Source of the DNA: Streptococcus sp.
GTDB lineage: Bacteria > Bacillota > Bacilli > Lactobacillales > Aerococcaceae
Direction: 5' to 3'
Length of the DNA stretch: 64,000 bases
NCBI GenBank assembly: GCA_015264955.1
Contig: JABZYV010000001.1
Span: 23,722-87,721 of the forward strand
This document shows, one piece after another, positions 52,879 to 63,172 of the stretch. The notes under the pieces are model-generated. The model had not been told where the DNA came from, made no database searches, and saw only the letters and a program-made list of their open reading frames with translations. Numbering within the stretch: the first letter of the stretch is position 1; each line of letters starts with the position of its first letter. Both the position numbers and the translations under genes were made by a program.

Positions 52879-53455
52879 TAAAGCCGAATTTACAATTAGT
52901 GCTGTAGGACCAGCGCAATATCCTTCTGGAAATCTTCCAGAAATAGCATTATCAGGTCGTTCAAATGTTGGGAAATCTTCTTTTATTAATAAGTTGATTC
53001 AACGAAAAAGCTTAGCCCGTACCTCAAGTAAACCTGGTAAAACACAAACATTGAACTTTTATCATATTAATGAGCAGTTCTATTTTGTAGATGTGCCTGG
53101 ATACGGATATGCCAAAGTATCTAAGAAGGAACGTGAAAAGTGGGGGAAGATGATTGAGGAGTATATTACGACTCGAGAGCCACTTCGTTTAGTGCTTATC
53201 TTAGTAGACTTTAGACATGAACCAAGTCAAGAAGATGTTCAAATGCGAGAATTTTTAGAGTATTACAATATTCCATATCGAATTGTGATGACGAAATGTG
53301 ATAAGATTCCTCGTGGTAAATGGAATAAACATGTCAGCGTGATTCGAAAAGCATTTGGCAAACCACCAGAAGATCTTTTCTTAACATTCTCATCTGAAAC
53401 AGGTGAAGGAGTAGAGAAAGCTTGGGCTTTGATCGAACAATTTATTGCTGACTAA
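52868..53455 (+). CDS. engB: Ribosome biogenesis GTPase EngB/YsxC
   Basis: G1 [10 protein letters not shown]3 DVPG, G4 TKCD. Overlaps the MFS gene by 11 nt. Confidence 0.9.
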   Translation: MKVNKAEFTISAVGPAQYPSGNLPEIALSGRSNVGKSSFINKLIQRKSLARTSSKPGKTQTLNFYHINEQFYFVDVPGYGYAKVSKKEREKWGKMIEEYITTREPLRLVLILVDFRHEPSQEDVQMREFLEYYNIPYRIVMTKCDKIPRGKWNKHVSVIRKAFGKPPEDLFLTFSSETGEGVEKAWALIEQFIAD

Positions 53456-53460
53456 AATAA

Positions 53461-53497
53461 CAAGTGATACCGTATACGGTATCACTTGTTTTGTTTA
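53461..53497 (+). terminator. rho-independent terminator after engB
   Basis: CAAGTGATACCGTATACGGTATCACTTG perfect palindrome followed by a T-run. Confidence 0.8.
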
Positions 53498-53613
53498 AAA
53501 GAAAAAGAAGGTAACCTGTAAGGAAAATAAAACTTGCTCCATTGCATTAAATCACGAATTGTGATATATTATATGCTGTATCATTAGGCGTAGTGTATGG
53601 AGGGAGTTTTTTT

Positions 53614-55443
53614 ATGAGTCAACGATTATCAAAAGAAACGATTCAAAGTATACAATCGCAAGTGAATATTCTCGATATTGTAGGGCAATTTGTCCAATTG
53701 AGAAAGCAAGGAAAGAGCCTTTTTGGCCGATGTCCTTTCCATGATGAAAGAACACCTTCGTTTACCGTCACAGAAGAAAAACAGTTATTCCACTGTTTTA
53801 GTTGTGGACGCGGGGGAAATGTTTTTAACTTCATGCAGGAATTGGAAAGTTTATCTTTTCCAGAATCGGTTGTTAGGGTAGCAGAACTTGCGCATATTCC
53901 TCTCGATGTAGAAATCCCTTCTAGCCAACAAGCAATTCCTCAAAAAGAGAGAAAATTGTTTGCGGCTCATGAAAAAGCGAGTGAGTTTTACTCGCACATC
54001 CTATTTAATACAAAAGGTGGACAAGAAGCACTTCATTACTTAACGGATCGTGGCTATACGATTGATACGTTAAAAGAATTTGGATTTGGGTTCTCGTTAA
54101 AAGACCGCACGCAGCTGACACAGCTCTTACAAGATTTAGAGCTAACAGAACAAGAAATGGAAGCGACAGGTCTATTCGTCGAAAGTCAAACTGGATTCTT
54201 TGATCGTTTTAATCAGCGGATTATGATTCCTCTTCGTAATGAACATGGACAAATTGTCGGATTTTCTGGACGTGTGTTGCCAGGTTATTCGGATGAGTTC
54301 GCTTCACAGGCTAAATATTTAAACAGTCCTGAAACACCGCTCTTTGCGAAAAGAAACTTCTTATTTAACTTTGATTTAGCAAAGAAGAATATTCGTAAAG
54401 AAAATAAAGTTATCCTTTTTGAAGGATATATGGATGTTATTTCTGCTTGGCAAGCGGGAGTTCAACTAGGGGTAGCCTCAATGGGCACGTCTCTGACACC
54501 AGAGCAAATTCAAAAGCTTCGTCATGTGACGGATACGATTTTGATTGCTTATGATGGTGATAGAGCAGGTTTGGAGGCGACAAACCGTGCAATTGAAATG
54601 ATTCAATCCACGAATGCTTTTACGATTGGAATTATTCCATTTGATAATGGACTGGATCCAGATGAGTTTATTAAACAACGTGGACCCCAAGCGTTTATCG
54701 ATTTAGTTGAACACGGGCAAGAAACCATCTATCAATTTAAAAAGAGATTCCTTTCTAAGAAATATCAGATACAAGTTGAGAGTCAAAAAATTCAGTATAT
54801 CGAAGAGATGATTATTGAACTGGCGAAACTCACAAATGATGTGGAAAAGAATCTAGCAATGAAGTCTCTTGCGGATGAGTTTAATCTTGATTACACAACG
54901 ATTCAAAATCAAGTAAAACAAAAGCAAGTTCAAACTTCACAGAATTTCCAAGCGCCGCCTATACCAAGTGTAGAAACACAAGCGCCAGTAATGAACAGAC
55001 CGTTTATTAAGAATGAAGGCATTCAAAGGCATCTAATATACCGCTTGATGCATCATAATGAAGCTTGGACATATCTGAATCGTATTAATCCAGAATTCTC
55101 GTTTCCGGACGCTTTATATGAGCAATTATTTTTACATATTCAGGCGTTTAGAAATGAAGAAGAGGAATTTGATGTTCAAGAATTTATGTTGTTTTTAAAC
55201 GATAAGGATTTAATGAACAGAAATCTGGTATCTGAAATCGAATTAGGTCAGTTTCCTCCAGAATGTACGGAACAAGAGATTCAAGATTTAGTATATGTAC
55301 TTTCACAAAAGAATACTCTGAAAGAGCAGTTAGCACAAAAAAAGGAAGAGTTGAATCGAGCTGCTCTTGTGAACGATGATGAAGCCAGAAAGAAATTGAT
55401 GGCGGAAATCATGGAGATTCAACGACAATTAAGGAAAAGATAG
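53614..55443 (+). CDS. dnaG: DNA primase
   Basis: Zn-ribbon CPFHDERTPSF...CFSCG, TOPRIM (EGYMDV), C-terminal helicase-interaction domain. ATG 53614 sits 7 nt after GGAGGGAG. Confidence 0.9.
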   Translation: MSQRLSKETIQSIQSQVNILDIVGQFVQLRKQGKSLFGRCPFHDERTPSFTVTEEKQLFHCFSCGRGGNVFNFMQELESLSFPESVVRVAELAHIPLDVEIPSSQQAIPQKERKLFAAHEKASEFYSHILFNTKGGQEALHYLTDRGYTIDTLKEFGFGFSLKDRTQLTQLLQDLELTEQEMEATGLFVESQTGFFDRFNQRIMIPLRNEHGQIVGFSGRVLPGYSDEFASQAKYLNSPETPLFAKRNFLFNFDLAKKNIRKENKVILFEGYMDVISAWQAGVQLGVASMGTSLTPEQIQKLRHVTDTILIAYDGDRAGLEATNRAIEMIQSTNAFTIGIIPFDNGLDPDEFIKQRGPQAFIDLVEHGQETIYQFKKRFLSKKYQIQVESQKIQYIEEMIIELAKLTNDVEKNLAMKSLADEFNLDYTTIQNQVKQKQVQTSQNFQAPPIPSVETQAPVMNRPFIKNEGIQRHLIYRLMHHNEAWTYLNRINPEFSFPDALYEQLFLHIQAFRNEEEEFDVQEFMLFLNDKDLMNRNLVSEIELGQFPPECTEQEIQDLVYVLSQKNTLKEQLAQKKEELNRAALVNDDEARKKLMAEIMEIQRQLRKR

Positions 55444-55459
55444 AATGGAGGAATGGTGA

Positions 55460-56584
55460 ATGACAGTTCAAAAAAATGAAAAAGGTCAAACACTGAATGA
55501 AGCAACTTCAACGCTTCTTGCAGAACGAAAATTATTCGGTCAAATTTTATACGATGATTTATCTGCACAAATCGCAATCCCATTTGAGTTGGATGCGGAA
55601 GGAATGGATAAATTAATTCAAAAGTTTGAGGATGCAGGGGTTAGTGTTGTAGATGCTAACGGTGAACCAACAAGCCAACAATTGTCAGCAGAAAGCCAAC
55701 GTGAAGCTGAAACTGGCGTTGTGGAAGATGATACTGCCTTATCTTCAAATACGAAGATTAATGACTCCGTTCGTATGTATTTAAAAGAAATCGGACGAGT
55801 TCCACTTCTTAGTGCGGATGAAGAAGTTGCTTTAGCGCTTCGTATTCAAGAAGGAGATACAGAAGCTAAACAAGAGTTAGCAGAAGCCAATCTTCGTTTA
55901 GTAGTATCTATTGCGAAACGTTATGTAGGACGTGGAATGCAATTCTTGGACTTAATCCAAGAAGGAAACATGGGCTTAATGAAAGCCGTTGAGAAATTCG
56001 ACCATACAAAAGGGTTTAAATTCTCAACTTATGCAACATGGTGGATTCGTCAAGCAATCACACGTGCCATTGCAGACCAAGCGCGTACAATTCGTATTCC
56101 AGTACATATGGTTGAAACAATCAACAAATTAGTACGTGTTCAAAGACAACTATTACAAGATTTAGGACGCGAACCTACACCGGAAGAAATCGGTGCAGAA
56201 ATGGATTTACCAACTGAAAAAGTTCGTGAAATTCTTAAAATCGCTCAAGAACCAGTATCTCTTGAAACTCCAATTGGGGAAGAGGACGATTCACATTTAG
56301 GTGATTTCATCGAAGACGACAACGCAACAAGCCCAGCGGATCACACAGCATACGCATTGTTGAAAGAACAACTCGATGAAGTTCTTGAACAATTAACAGA
56401 CCGTGAAGAAAACGTACTTCGCCTACGTTTTGGTCTTGATAAAAACGGTGAAATCCGTACGTTAGAACAAGTAGGGCAAGTATTTGGGGTTACTCGTGAA
56501 CGTATTCGTCAAATTGAAGCGAAAGCATTACGTAAATTACGCCATCCAAGTCGTTCTAAACAATTAAAAGACTTCTTAGATTAA
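55460..56584 (+). CDS. sigA: RNA polymerase primary sigma factor SigA
   Basis: Regions 1.2 to 4.2 conserved ([16 protein letters not shown], rpoD box, region 4.2 [21 protein letters not shown]). dnaG-sigA operon. Confidence 0.95.
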   Translation: MTVQKNEKGQTLNEATSTLLAERKLFGQILYDDLSAQIAIPFELDAEGMDKLIQKFEDAGVSVVDANGEPTSQQLSAESQREAETGVVEDDTALSSNTKINDSVRMYLKEIGRVPLLSADEEVALALRIQEGDTEAKQELAEANLRLVVSIAKRYVGRGMQFLDLIQEGNMGLMKAVEKFDHTKGFKFSTYATWWIRQAITRAIADQARTIRIPVHMVETINKLVRVQRQLLQDLGREPTPEEIGAEMDLPTEKVREILKIAQEPVSLETPIGEEDDSHLGDFIEDDNATSPADHTAYALLKEQLDEVLEQLTDREENVLRLRFGLDKNGEIRTLEQVGQVFGVTRERIRQIEAKALRKLRHPSRSKQLKDFLD

Positions 56585-56596
56585 GAAATAAGTTAG

Positions 56597-56630
56597 AGAA
56601 GCAGTCCTTAGGGATTGCTTCTTTTTTTGT
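56597..56630 (+). terminator. rho-independent terminator after sigA
   Basis: AGAAGCAGTCC ... GGATTGCTTCT hairpin plus T7. Confidence 0.7.
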
Positions 56631-56715
56631 ATGCAAAATTTGTGAAATCTCTATTATTTCATGAAAAAGGGTTTAAATCAAGTGAATAATTTGGTAAACT
56701 AACAAATGTGGTAAT

Positions 56716-56730
56716 TGAGAATGATTATCA
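56716..56730 (+). promoter_or_regulatory. Fur box (TGAGAATGATTATCA) upstream of the iron ABC operon
   Basis: 14/15 match to the Bacillus Fur consensus TGATAATGATTATCA, located 18 nt upstream of the first permease start codon. Confidence 0.6.
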
Positions 56731-56747
56731 ATTAGAAATGAGAGAAC

Positions 56748-57710
56748 ATGAAAAGAATTAGTTATTTAATTTTATTATTACTTATATTAAGCATTATTTC
56801 ACTCTCTGTTGGAGCATCCAGTTTCTCTTGGATGGAATTTTTTAATGGAGGAGAGAGCGCAACACAACTGTTTTGGCAATCAAGGTTTCCTAGACTGTTG
56901 AGTATTTTGTTGTCAGCTTCCGCAATGAGTGTATCGGGTTTATTGATGCAGACGATTACGCAAAATGAGTTTGCTTCGCCAAGTACAATCGGTACGGTCG
57001 ACGCTGCAAAATTAGGATTGATGATGAGTTTATTATTTTTCTCATCTCCTGGACTGTTAGAAAAGATGGCGACGTCATTTGTGTTTGCAATTGGATTCTC
57101 TGCGCTTTTTATTGCGTTGCAACATCATCTATCTCTTAAACAAAAATGGATGATTCCCTTAATTGGGTTGATTTTCGGGGGAGTTATTAGTGCGTGTACT
57201 CAGTTTCTTGCCTATCAATTTCAACTCGTACAAAGTTTATCCTCCTGGATGCAAGGATCATTTTCGATGATTCAAACCAATCAGTATGAATGGCTGTATT
57301 TATGCTTATTTGTTTTAGTACTTAGTATTATTTTTGCCCATTACTATACGGTAGTCAGCATGGGGGAAGATATTAGTCGAAATCTCGGCGTTCCGGTGAA
57401 ACGGATGGAGTCTTTAACATTAGTGCTTATTGCGCTAACGACGAGTGTCACGATGATTACAGTTGGAAGCTTACCGTTTATTGGGGTGATTGTTCCAAAT
57501 ATCGTCCGCATGCGATTTGGGTCTCAGATGAAAGTATTAGTGCCACTGACGATGCTAGTCGGAGCGTGTCTTGTGTTAAGTTGTGACATTATCGCACGCA
57601 TGGTTATTGCTCCTTATGAGATTTCCGTAAGCATCATCTTAAGTATTCTTGGGGCTGCACTCTTTATTTTCCAAGTGATTCGCCTGGAAAAGAAAGGAGG
57701 AGACCTATGA
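56748..57710 (+). CDS. Iron-siderophore ABC transporter permease (FecCD family) 1
   Basis: 320-aa polytopic FecCD-type permease. Confidence 0.85.
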   Translation: MKRISYLILLLLILSIISLSVGASSFSWMEFFNGGESATQLFWQSRFPRLLSILLSASAMSVSGLLMQTITQNEFASPSTIGTVDAAKLGLMMSLLFFSSPGLLEKMATSFVFAIGFSALFIALQHHLSLKQKWMIPLIGLIFGGVISACTQFLAYQFQLVQSLSSWMQGSFSMIQTNQYEWLYLCLFVLVLSIIFAHYYTVVSMGEDISRNLGVPVKRMESLTLVLIALTTSVTMITVGSLPFIGVIVPNIVRMRFGSQMKVLVPLTMLVGACLVLSCDIIARMVIAPYEISVSIILSILGAALFIFQVIRLEKKGGDL

Positions 57711-58684
57711 AAAAGAAAACAAGAATCTTTTTAGGCATCCTTTCCGTCATGGTCGTATTACTAGTAGCAGCGTATTTACTGATACCAACGAAAAATAGTT
57801 CAACCGTTTCAAATTTTATTTTGCAGCGACGATTCTTGAAATTGCTGGTCATGGTGATCGTATCTTGTGCAATTCCAATCTCTACGATTAGCTTTCAAAC
57901 CGTTGTGCAAAATCGATTTTTAACGCCAGGTGTGTTAGGAATTGAGAGCCTATTTGTCTTTATTCAAAGTGGACTGTATTATTTTGAAAGTTTAGTAGGG
58001 GTAAAAGTAGAACAATCAGTGATAATTTATTCTGTCACGATTGCCATTCAAATCGGTTTACTACTGTTATTAATGAATGCGTCTAAAGGAATGATGCTAT
58101 CGAACTTCAAAGTGCTATTGTTACTGACGATGGCGTTTTCGATGTTACTTCGAAATGCAAGCACATTTTTACAAGTTTTAATGGATCCAAACGAATTTGA
58201 TAAATTGCAAAGTTCACTTTATCCATCTTTCCAAAAGATGAATGCACAACCAATGATGATTGGTGTAGCTATTGGTCTTTTCGTTCTTTTAATGATGGTG
58301 TTCTATAGATTACGACATCAGTTAGATGCGCTTCATTTAGGCGTTGACAGTGCAAAGATGTTGGGCATCAATACAAAACGACTTAGTAATGTAGTGATTG
58401 TCGTTGTTATTATTATGACAAGTTTATCAACGATTCTAGTAGGGCCGCTTCAGTTTTTAGGCTTTATGATTGCCAACTTAACCTACCAGTTAACGAAAGA
58501 ATATAAGCATGGCGTTTTATGGCTGTTCTCAGCCGTTTTGGGGCTTGTAATAGTGCTCGCGGCACAGTTAATCGTTGAACGCATATTCCTTCTTACAATC
58601 CCGATTAGCGTGTTTATCGAAGGGATTGGTGGAGTATTGTATTTAATCTTATTAGTGAAAGGAGAGAAGCCTGGTGCAGCTTAA
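57707..58684 (+). CDS. Iron-siderophore ABC transporter permease (FecCD family) 2
   Basis: 325-aa FecCD-type permease. Start overlaps the upstream stop (ATGA). RBS AGGAGG. Confidence 0.85.
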   Translation: MKKKTRIFLGILSVMVVLLVAAYLLIPTKNSSTVSNFILQRRFLKLLVMVIVSCAIPISTISFQTVVQNRFLTPGVLGIESLFVFIQSGLYYFESLVGVKVEQSVIIYSVTIAIQIGLLLLLMNASKGMMLSNFKVLLLLTMAFSMLLRNASTFLQVLMDPNEFDKLQSSLYPSFQKMNAQPMMIGVAIGLFVLLMMVFYRLRHQLDALHLGVDSAKMLGINTKRLSNVVIVVVIIMTSLSTILVGPLQFLGFMIANLTYQLTKEYKHGVLWLFSAVLGLVIVLAAQLIVERIFLLTIPISVFIEGIGGVLYLILLVKGEKPGAA

Positions 58685-59438
58685 AGGTGTTACAAAAAAA
58701 TATCGACATCCAGTTGTTGATCATGTGGATTTAGAAGTCTCAAAACATCGACTGACTTCCTTTATCGGTCCAAACGGTGCTGGAAAATCAACCCTTCTTG
58801 GGATGATGAGTCGGCTTCTACCTAAAGACGAAGGATTTATATATATCAACGGTCAAGAAGTTGAAGCGTGGAACTCAACAGAATTGGCAAAAGAACTGGC
58901 TGTTTTAAAACAAAACCAGCAAGTTCATGTAAGTATGACAGTCGAAGAATTTGTTCGTTTTGGTCGTTTTCCATATACAAAAGGGAAGATTACAAATTCA
59001 GATGAACAGATTGTTGAAGAGGCGTTAAAAAATACCAACCTTATCTCTTTTAGAACACAAGATATTGGAACTTTATCAGGTGGACAGTATCAACGAGCGC
59101 TCATTGCGATGGTTTTAGCTCAAGATACGGAGTGGATTTTACTTGATGAACCTTTAAACCATCTCGATATGAAACAAGCGTATGAAGTGATGAATCTACT
59201 TCGTTTCTTAGTTGAAGAAAAAGGAAAATCGATAGTGATTGTGATGCACGACTTAAATATGGCATGTAATTTTTCAGATGAAATAGCTTGTTTTAAAAAT
59301 GGAAAATGTATCATCCATGATACAGTCGATAAAGTGATGAAAGAGGAGATACTTTCGAATCTGTATGAGATTCCCTTAGAAGTAGTTGAAATTCATGGTA
59401 AAAAAATATGTATTATAAAGAACGGAGAAAAACAATGA
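58674..59438 (+). CDS. Iron-siderophore ABC transporter ATP-binding protein
   Basis: Walker A GPNGAGKST, signature LSGGQYQR, Walker B ILLDEP. GTG start after GGAG. Confidence 0.9.
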   Translation: MQLKGVTKKYRHPVVDHVDLEVSKHRLTSFIGPNGAGKSTLLGMMSRLLPKDEGFIYINGQEVEAWNSTELAKELAVLKQNQQVHVSMTVEEFVRFGRFPYTKGKITNSDEQIVEEALKNTNLISFRTQDIGTLSGGQYQRALIAMVLAQDTEWILLDEPLNHLDMKQAYEVMNLLRFLVEEKGKSIVIVMHDLNMACNFSDEIACFKNGKCIIHDTVDKVMKEEILSNLYEIPLEVVEIHGKKICIIKNGEKQ

Positions 59439-60397
59439 AAAGATTATTAGCATTATTCAGTTTATTGGCTGTATTTATTCTTGCAGCTTGCGGCCAAACA
59501 GCAAAAACAGAATCAGCAACAACACAAGCAGCAGCTACAGAAGAAAAGAGTGAAGTGACTCTTACAAACGGTAAAGAAGATGTGACTGTTAAGACAAATC
59601 CAAAGAAAATTGTTGTTTTTGATTTAGGCGTTGCTGATACAATTCGCGAACTTGGTTTTGTCGATAATATTGTAGGGATGCCTTTAAAAACATTACCTAC
59701 TTACTTAAAAGACTTGCCATCAAGTATTCAATCAACTGGATCAATGGTGGAGCCTGATATCGAAGCAATCGCTGCGTTAGAGCCAGACCTTATTATTGCT
59801 TCAGGTCGTACAATTAAATTCCTAGATCAACTAAAAGAAATTGCACCAACTGTTATTTTCTCAGTGGATCAAAAAGATTATTGGAACTCAGTTTCTAAAA
59901 ACATCCGCTTGGTAGCATCACTATTTGGTAAAGAAGCCGAGGCTAAAGCTGAAGAAGAAATTAAAACATTAGAAGCTTCGATTAAGAAAGTTGCTGATGT
60001 GAATGAGAAATCTACTAACAAAACATTAACTCTCATGCTCAACGAAGGAAAGATGTCAGCGTTTGGTGCTGATTCACGTTTTGCATTCCTTTACCAATCA
60101 CTTAAATTCAAAGCGACTGATGCTAAAATTGAAGACAGTAAACACGGACAAGAAATGAGTTTCGAAGGAATTAAAGAAATCAACCCAGATACAATCATTT
60201 TGCTGAACAGAACATTGGCAATTGGTGGAGATAATTCAAATGCAGATACAGTTTTAAACAATGCGTTATTCAAAGAAACTAACGCTGTGAAGAATAACCG
60301 CGTCATCCAATTAACTTCAGACTTATGGTATCTAAGTGGTGGAGGATTGCAATCTACTAAATTAATGATTGAAGACGTTCAAAAAGTACTCCAATAA
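59435..60397 (+). CDS. Siderophore-binding lipoprotein (periplasmic binding protein family 2; YclQ/CeuE-like)
   Basis: Lipobox LAAC at the signal-peptide end. Peripla_BP_2-like fold. ATGA overlap with the ATPase stop. Gene order permease-permease-ATPase-SBP as in yclNOPQ. Confidence 0.8.
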   Translation: MKRLLALFSLLAVFILAACGQTAKTESATTQAAATEEKSEVTLTNGKEDVTVKTNPKKIVVFDLGVADTIRELGFVDNIVGMPLKTLPTYLKDLPSSIQSTGSMVEPDIEAIAALEPDLIIASGRTIKFLDQLKEIAPTVIFSVDQKDYWNSVSKNIRLVASLFGKEAEAKAEEEIKTLEASIKKVADVNEKSTNKTLTLMLNEGKMSAFGADSRFAFLYQSLKFKATDAKIEDSKHGQEMSFEGIKEINPDTIILLNRTLAIGGDNSNADTVLNNALFKETNAVKNNRVIQLTSDLWYLSGGGLQSTKLMIEDVQKVLQ

Positions 60398-60437
60398 TGA
60401 AACTAAACTTTAACAGCTATGTTTAGTCAAAAAGAAA

Positions 60438-60468
60438 AGAGGTGTACCGCAATTACGGTACACCTCTT
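60438..60468. terminator. Bidirectional terminator between the iron operon (+) and rnjA (-)
   Basis: AAGAGGTGTACCG ... CGGTACACCTCTT perfect hairpin with T-runs on both sides. Confidence 0.8.
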
Positions 60469-60475
60469 AATTTAT

Positions 60476-62173
60476 TTATTCTAAAGTATCTGCTTCAGTA
60501 ACTCCTAAAATTACTGGAAGAATCATTGGATGACGTTCTGTTTTCTTGAATAGGAACGGTCCTAAGACATCCGTAATTTTGTTACGTAATACGCGTTCGT
60601 TTAAGACTTCCTCAGAATCCGCTAAGAGTTCTTCAAGTTCATCACGAAGAATAGCTTGAGCTTCGTTTAGAAGTTGTCCAGATTCTTTCATGTAGATAAA
60701 TCCGCGAGAGAGCATATCTGGACCTGCAACGAGTTCACGATTCTCATAGTCAACAGTGGCTACACAGATCACTAAACCATCTTGAGAGAGTGTCTTACGA
60801 TCACGAAGAACGATGTTTCCGATGTCTCCGATACCATTTCCGTCGACATATACATCGCCTGCAAAGAAGTGACCAGCTCTACGTGCAGAGTCAGCAGTCA
60901 CAGCAAGAACATCACCATTGCTCAAGATAAATGAGTTTTCTTTTGGAATACCCACTTGAGTTGCAAGGTTTGCTTGGATCTTCTGCATACGATATTCACC
61001 GTGGACTGGAACGAAGTATTTAGGCTTCATTAAGCGAAGCATTAATTTTTGTTCTTCTTGAGAACCGTGTCCAGAAGTGTGAATATTGTTGACTTTACCA
61101 TGGATAACTTCAGCACCAGCTTCTGAAAGAAGGTTGATAACGCGGTTAACGCTTGAAGTATTTCCTGGAATTGGTGAACTAGAGAAGATAACTGTATCAC
61201 CAGGTTGAATTGAGATTTGACGGTGAGTCCCGTTAGCAATACGGCTAAGTGCCGCCATTGGTTCCCCTTGAGAACCTGTACATAAAATAATGACTTTCTC
61301 AGAAGGGTATTGGTTGATTTCACGTCCATCGATAAAAGTATCATCTGGAGCCTTGATATACCCTAATTCACGCGCAGTGCGGAAGCTGGCTTCCATACTA
61401 CGTCCAAATACAGCTAATTTACGGCCAGTTGCTACAGCCACATCCGTAACTTGTTTTAGACGAGAAACGTTTGATGCGAATGTCGCAAAAATGATACGGC
61501 CATCAACGCGTTGGATAATCTCTTTTATCGATTTTCCAACGACTTGTTCTGATTGAGTAAATCCAGGGACTTCAGAGTTCGTACTGTCTCCTAAAAGAAC
61601 TAGAACTCCTTCTGAACCAATTTGTGCCATACGGTGAAGGTTTGCTGGTTCTCCAACTGGAGTGAAGTCAAACTTATAGTCACCCGTGAACACGATGTTG
61701 CCTGGAGGAGTCTTAATCACAATCCCAAAAGCATCTGGAATAGAGTGGGTAGTGCGATAGAAACTCACTTGTGTTTTACGGAATTTAATGACGCTATCTT
61801 CATCAATTTCGTGAAGGATCGCATCTCTTAAAAGTCCGTGTTCTTCTAATTTATTTCGAATTAAAGACATCGCAAGTTTTGTTGCATAAATAGGGATGTT
61901 CGCTTGTTTAATTAAGAAAGGAATCCCACCAATATGGTCTTCGTGTCCGTGCGAAATAAATAGACCTTTTACTTTATTAATATTTTGAACGATATAACTG
62001 TAATCGGGAATCACATAATCGATTCCTAGTAAATCATCCTCAGGGAATTTAATACCGGCATCCAAAATGATCAGCTCATCTTGGAATTGAACGCCATATG
62101 TGTTTTTACCGATTTCACCTAAACCGCCAAAAGCAAATACGCCCGTTTCGTTATTTTTAATATTTGGCTTCAT
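60476..62173 (-). CDS. rnjA: Ribonuclease J (RNase J1-type)
   Basis: Beta-lactamase HGHEDH motif, beta-CASP domain, C-terminal domain. 565 aa. Confidence 0.95.
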   Translation of the reverse strand: MKPNIKNNETGVFAFGGLGEIGKNTYGVQFQDELIILDAGIKFPEDDLLGIDYVIPDYSYIVQNINKVKGLFISHGHEDHIGGIPFLIKQANIPIYATKLAMSLIRNKLEEHGLLRDAILHEIDEDSVIKFRKTQVSFYRTTHSIPDAFGIVIKTPPGNIVFTGDYKFDFTPVGEPANLHRMAQIGSEGVLVLLGDSTNSEVPGFTQSEQVVGKSIKEIIQRVDGRIIFATFASNVSRLKQVTDVAVATGRKLAVFGRSMEASFRTARELGYIKAPDDTFIDGREINQYPSEKVIILCTGSQGEPMAALSRIANGTHRQISIQPGDTVIFSSSPIPGNTSSVNRVINLLSEAGAEVIHGKVNNIHTSGHGSQEEQKLMLRLMKPKYFVPVHGEYRMQKIQANLATQVGIPKENSFILSNGDVLAVTADSARRAGHFFAGDVYVDGNGIGDIGNIVLRDRKTLSQDGLVICVATVDYENRELVAGPDMLSRGFIYMKESGQLLNEAQAILRDELEELLADSEEVLNERVLRNKITDVLGPFLFKKTERHPMILPVILGVTEADTLE

Positions 62174-62174
62174 G

Positions 62175-62390
62175 TTACTTGAACACCGTTAATTTAAACT
62201 CAGGGTTTTGTTTTTCGTAAGCTAAGTGTTTTTCATCTAGCTCTTGGATAAACTCTACGTTGTATTCAGTGTTTTCATCCACAAGGCGGCGGGCTTCTAC
62301 CTTGTCACTAGCTTCGATATATAAAGCTTCTGTGTTTTCACGACGTGGAGCTTCCGTTTTAGTTGGTTGGTAAGTAATTTTAAAAATCAT
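62175..62390 (-). CDS. rpoY: RNA polymerase epsilon subunit (RpoY/YkzG, DUF1447)
   Basis: 71 aa MIFKITYQ... Lies immediately upstream of rnjA with a 1-nt gap, as in the B. subtilis ykzG-rnjA operon. Confidence 0.7.
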   Translation of the reverse strand: MIFKITYQPTKTEAPRRENTEALYIEASDKVEARRLVDENTEYNVEFIQELDEKHLAYEKQNPEFKLTVFK

Positions 62391-62464
62391 GTATGTACTC
62401 CTTTAAATTTTTTTCATAATGTTTCTATCATATTTTATCATAGAATGCCTATTTTTTCATAATC

Positions 62465-63172
62465 TTAACGGCTGATAAGTGCCTCTTTTTCCAATTTTTC
62501 AAGCAAATCTTTTGGACATGAGAGTGGTTTTGGAGTCAAAGTAGAATCTTCTTCTCCAAATTTGAAATAAATCGTATTCCAATTTCTGTGTTTTGCACCT
62601 TCAATATCATTTACTAGGTCATCGCCAATCATCCAGAAGTCGTTTTTCTTCACATCTGGAAAAAGTCGTTCTACATTCATAAATGCTTCAGCTTGTGGTT
62701 TAGGAACACCTGTCGTCTCAGAAATGAAGATTCTTGAAGCATCGAACCACTTTGCTAATCCAAGAGATGTAATTTTCTTTGACTGATGACTTGTTGGCCC
62801 ATTTGTAAGAAGAACCAGAGTAGAGTGGTTTGATACTTTGTCAAAAAAGTGATACCAGTCTTTATCTAATTCGATATGATCCATTACATATTGATAGGTT
62901 TCCTTAAAACGAATAACAGATTCTCTAGAAGAATCTAGTCCAAGAGCCGAAAGTGTGCCTTCAACTCGTGAAAGGTGGTTTTCTTCTAATGTGATTTGCC
63001 CCTTTGTAAACAACTCAAAAGCAATCTCACTTTTTTCTTGGTAGACCTTGTACACATCGATATCCGTTGTAAATGTTGGATAGCATTTCTTTAAGGCGGT
63101 CAAGAAGACTTGCTGTTTAGAGTAGAGTGTATCATCTAAATCGAAGACTAAAATGGGTGTCTTATTCGCCAA
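62465..63172 (-). CDS. HAD-superfamily hydrolase
   Basis: Motif I VFDLDDTLY near the N-terminus, motif III-IV (GDDLVNDIEGA). Start assigned to a TTG 9 nt after GGAG, giving M-ANKTPILVFDLDDTLY. The ORF-track ATG at 63226 would overlap def by 65 nt. Confidence 0.6.
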   Translation of the reverse strand: MANKTPILVFDLDDTLYSKQQVFLTALKKCYPTFTTDIDVYKVYQEKSEIAFELFTKGQITLEENHLSRVEGTLSALGLDSSRESVIRFKETYQYVMDHIELDKDWYHFFDKVSNHSTLVLLTNGPTSHQSKKITSLGLAKWFDASRIFISETTGVPKPQAEAFMNVERLFPDVKKNDFWMIGDDLVNDIEGAKHRNWNTIYFKFGEEDSTLTPKPLSCPKDLLEKLEKEALISR

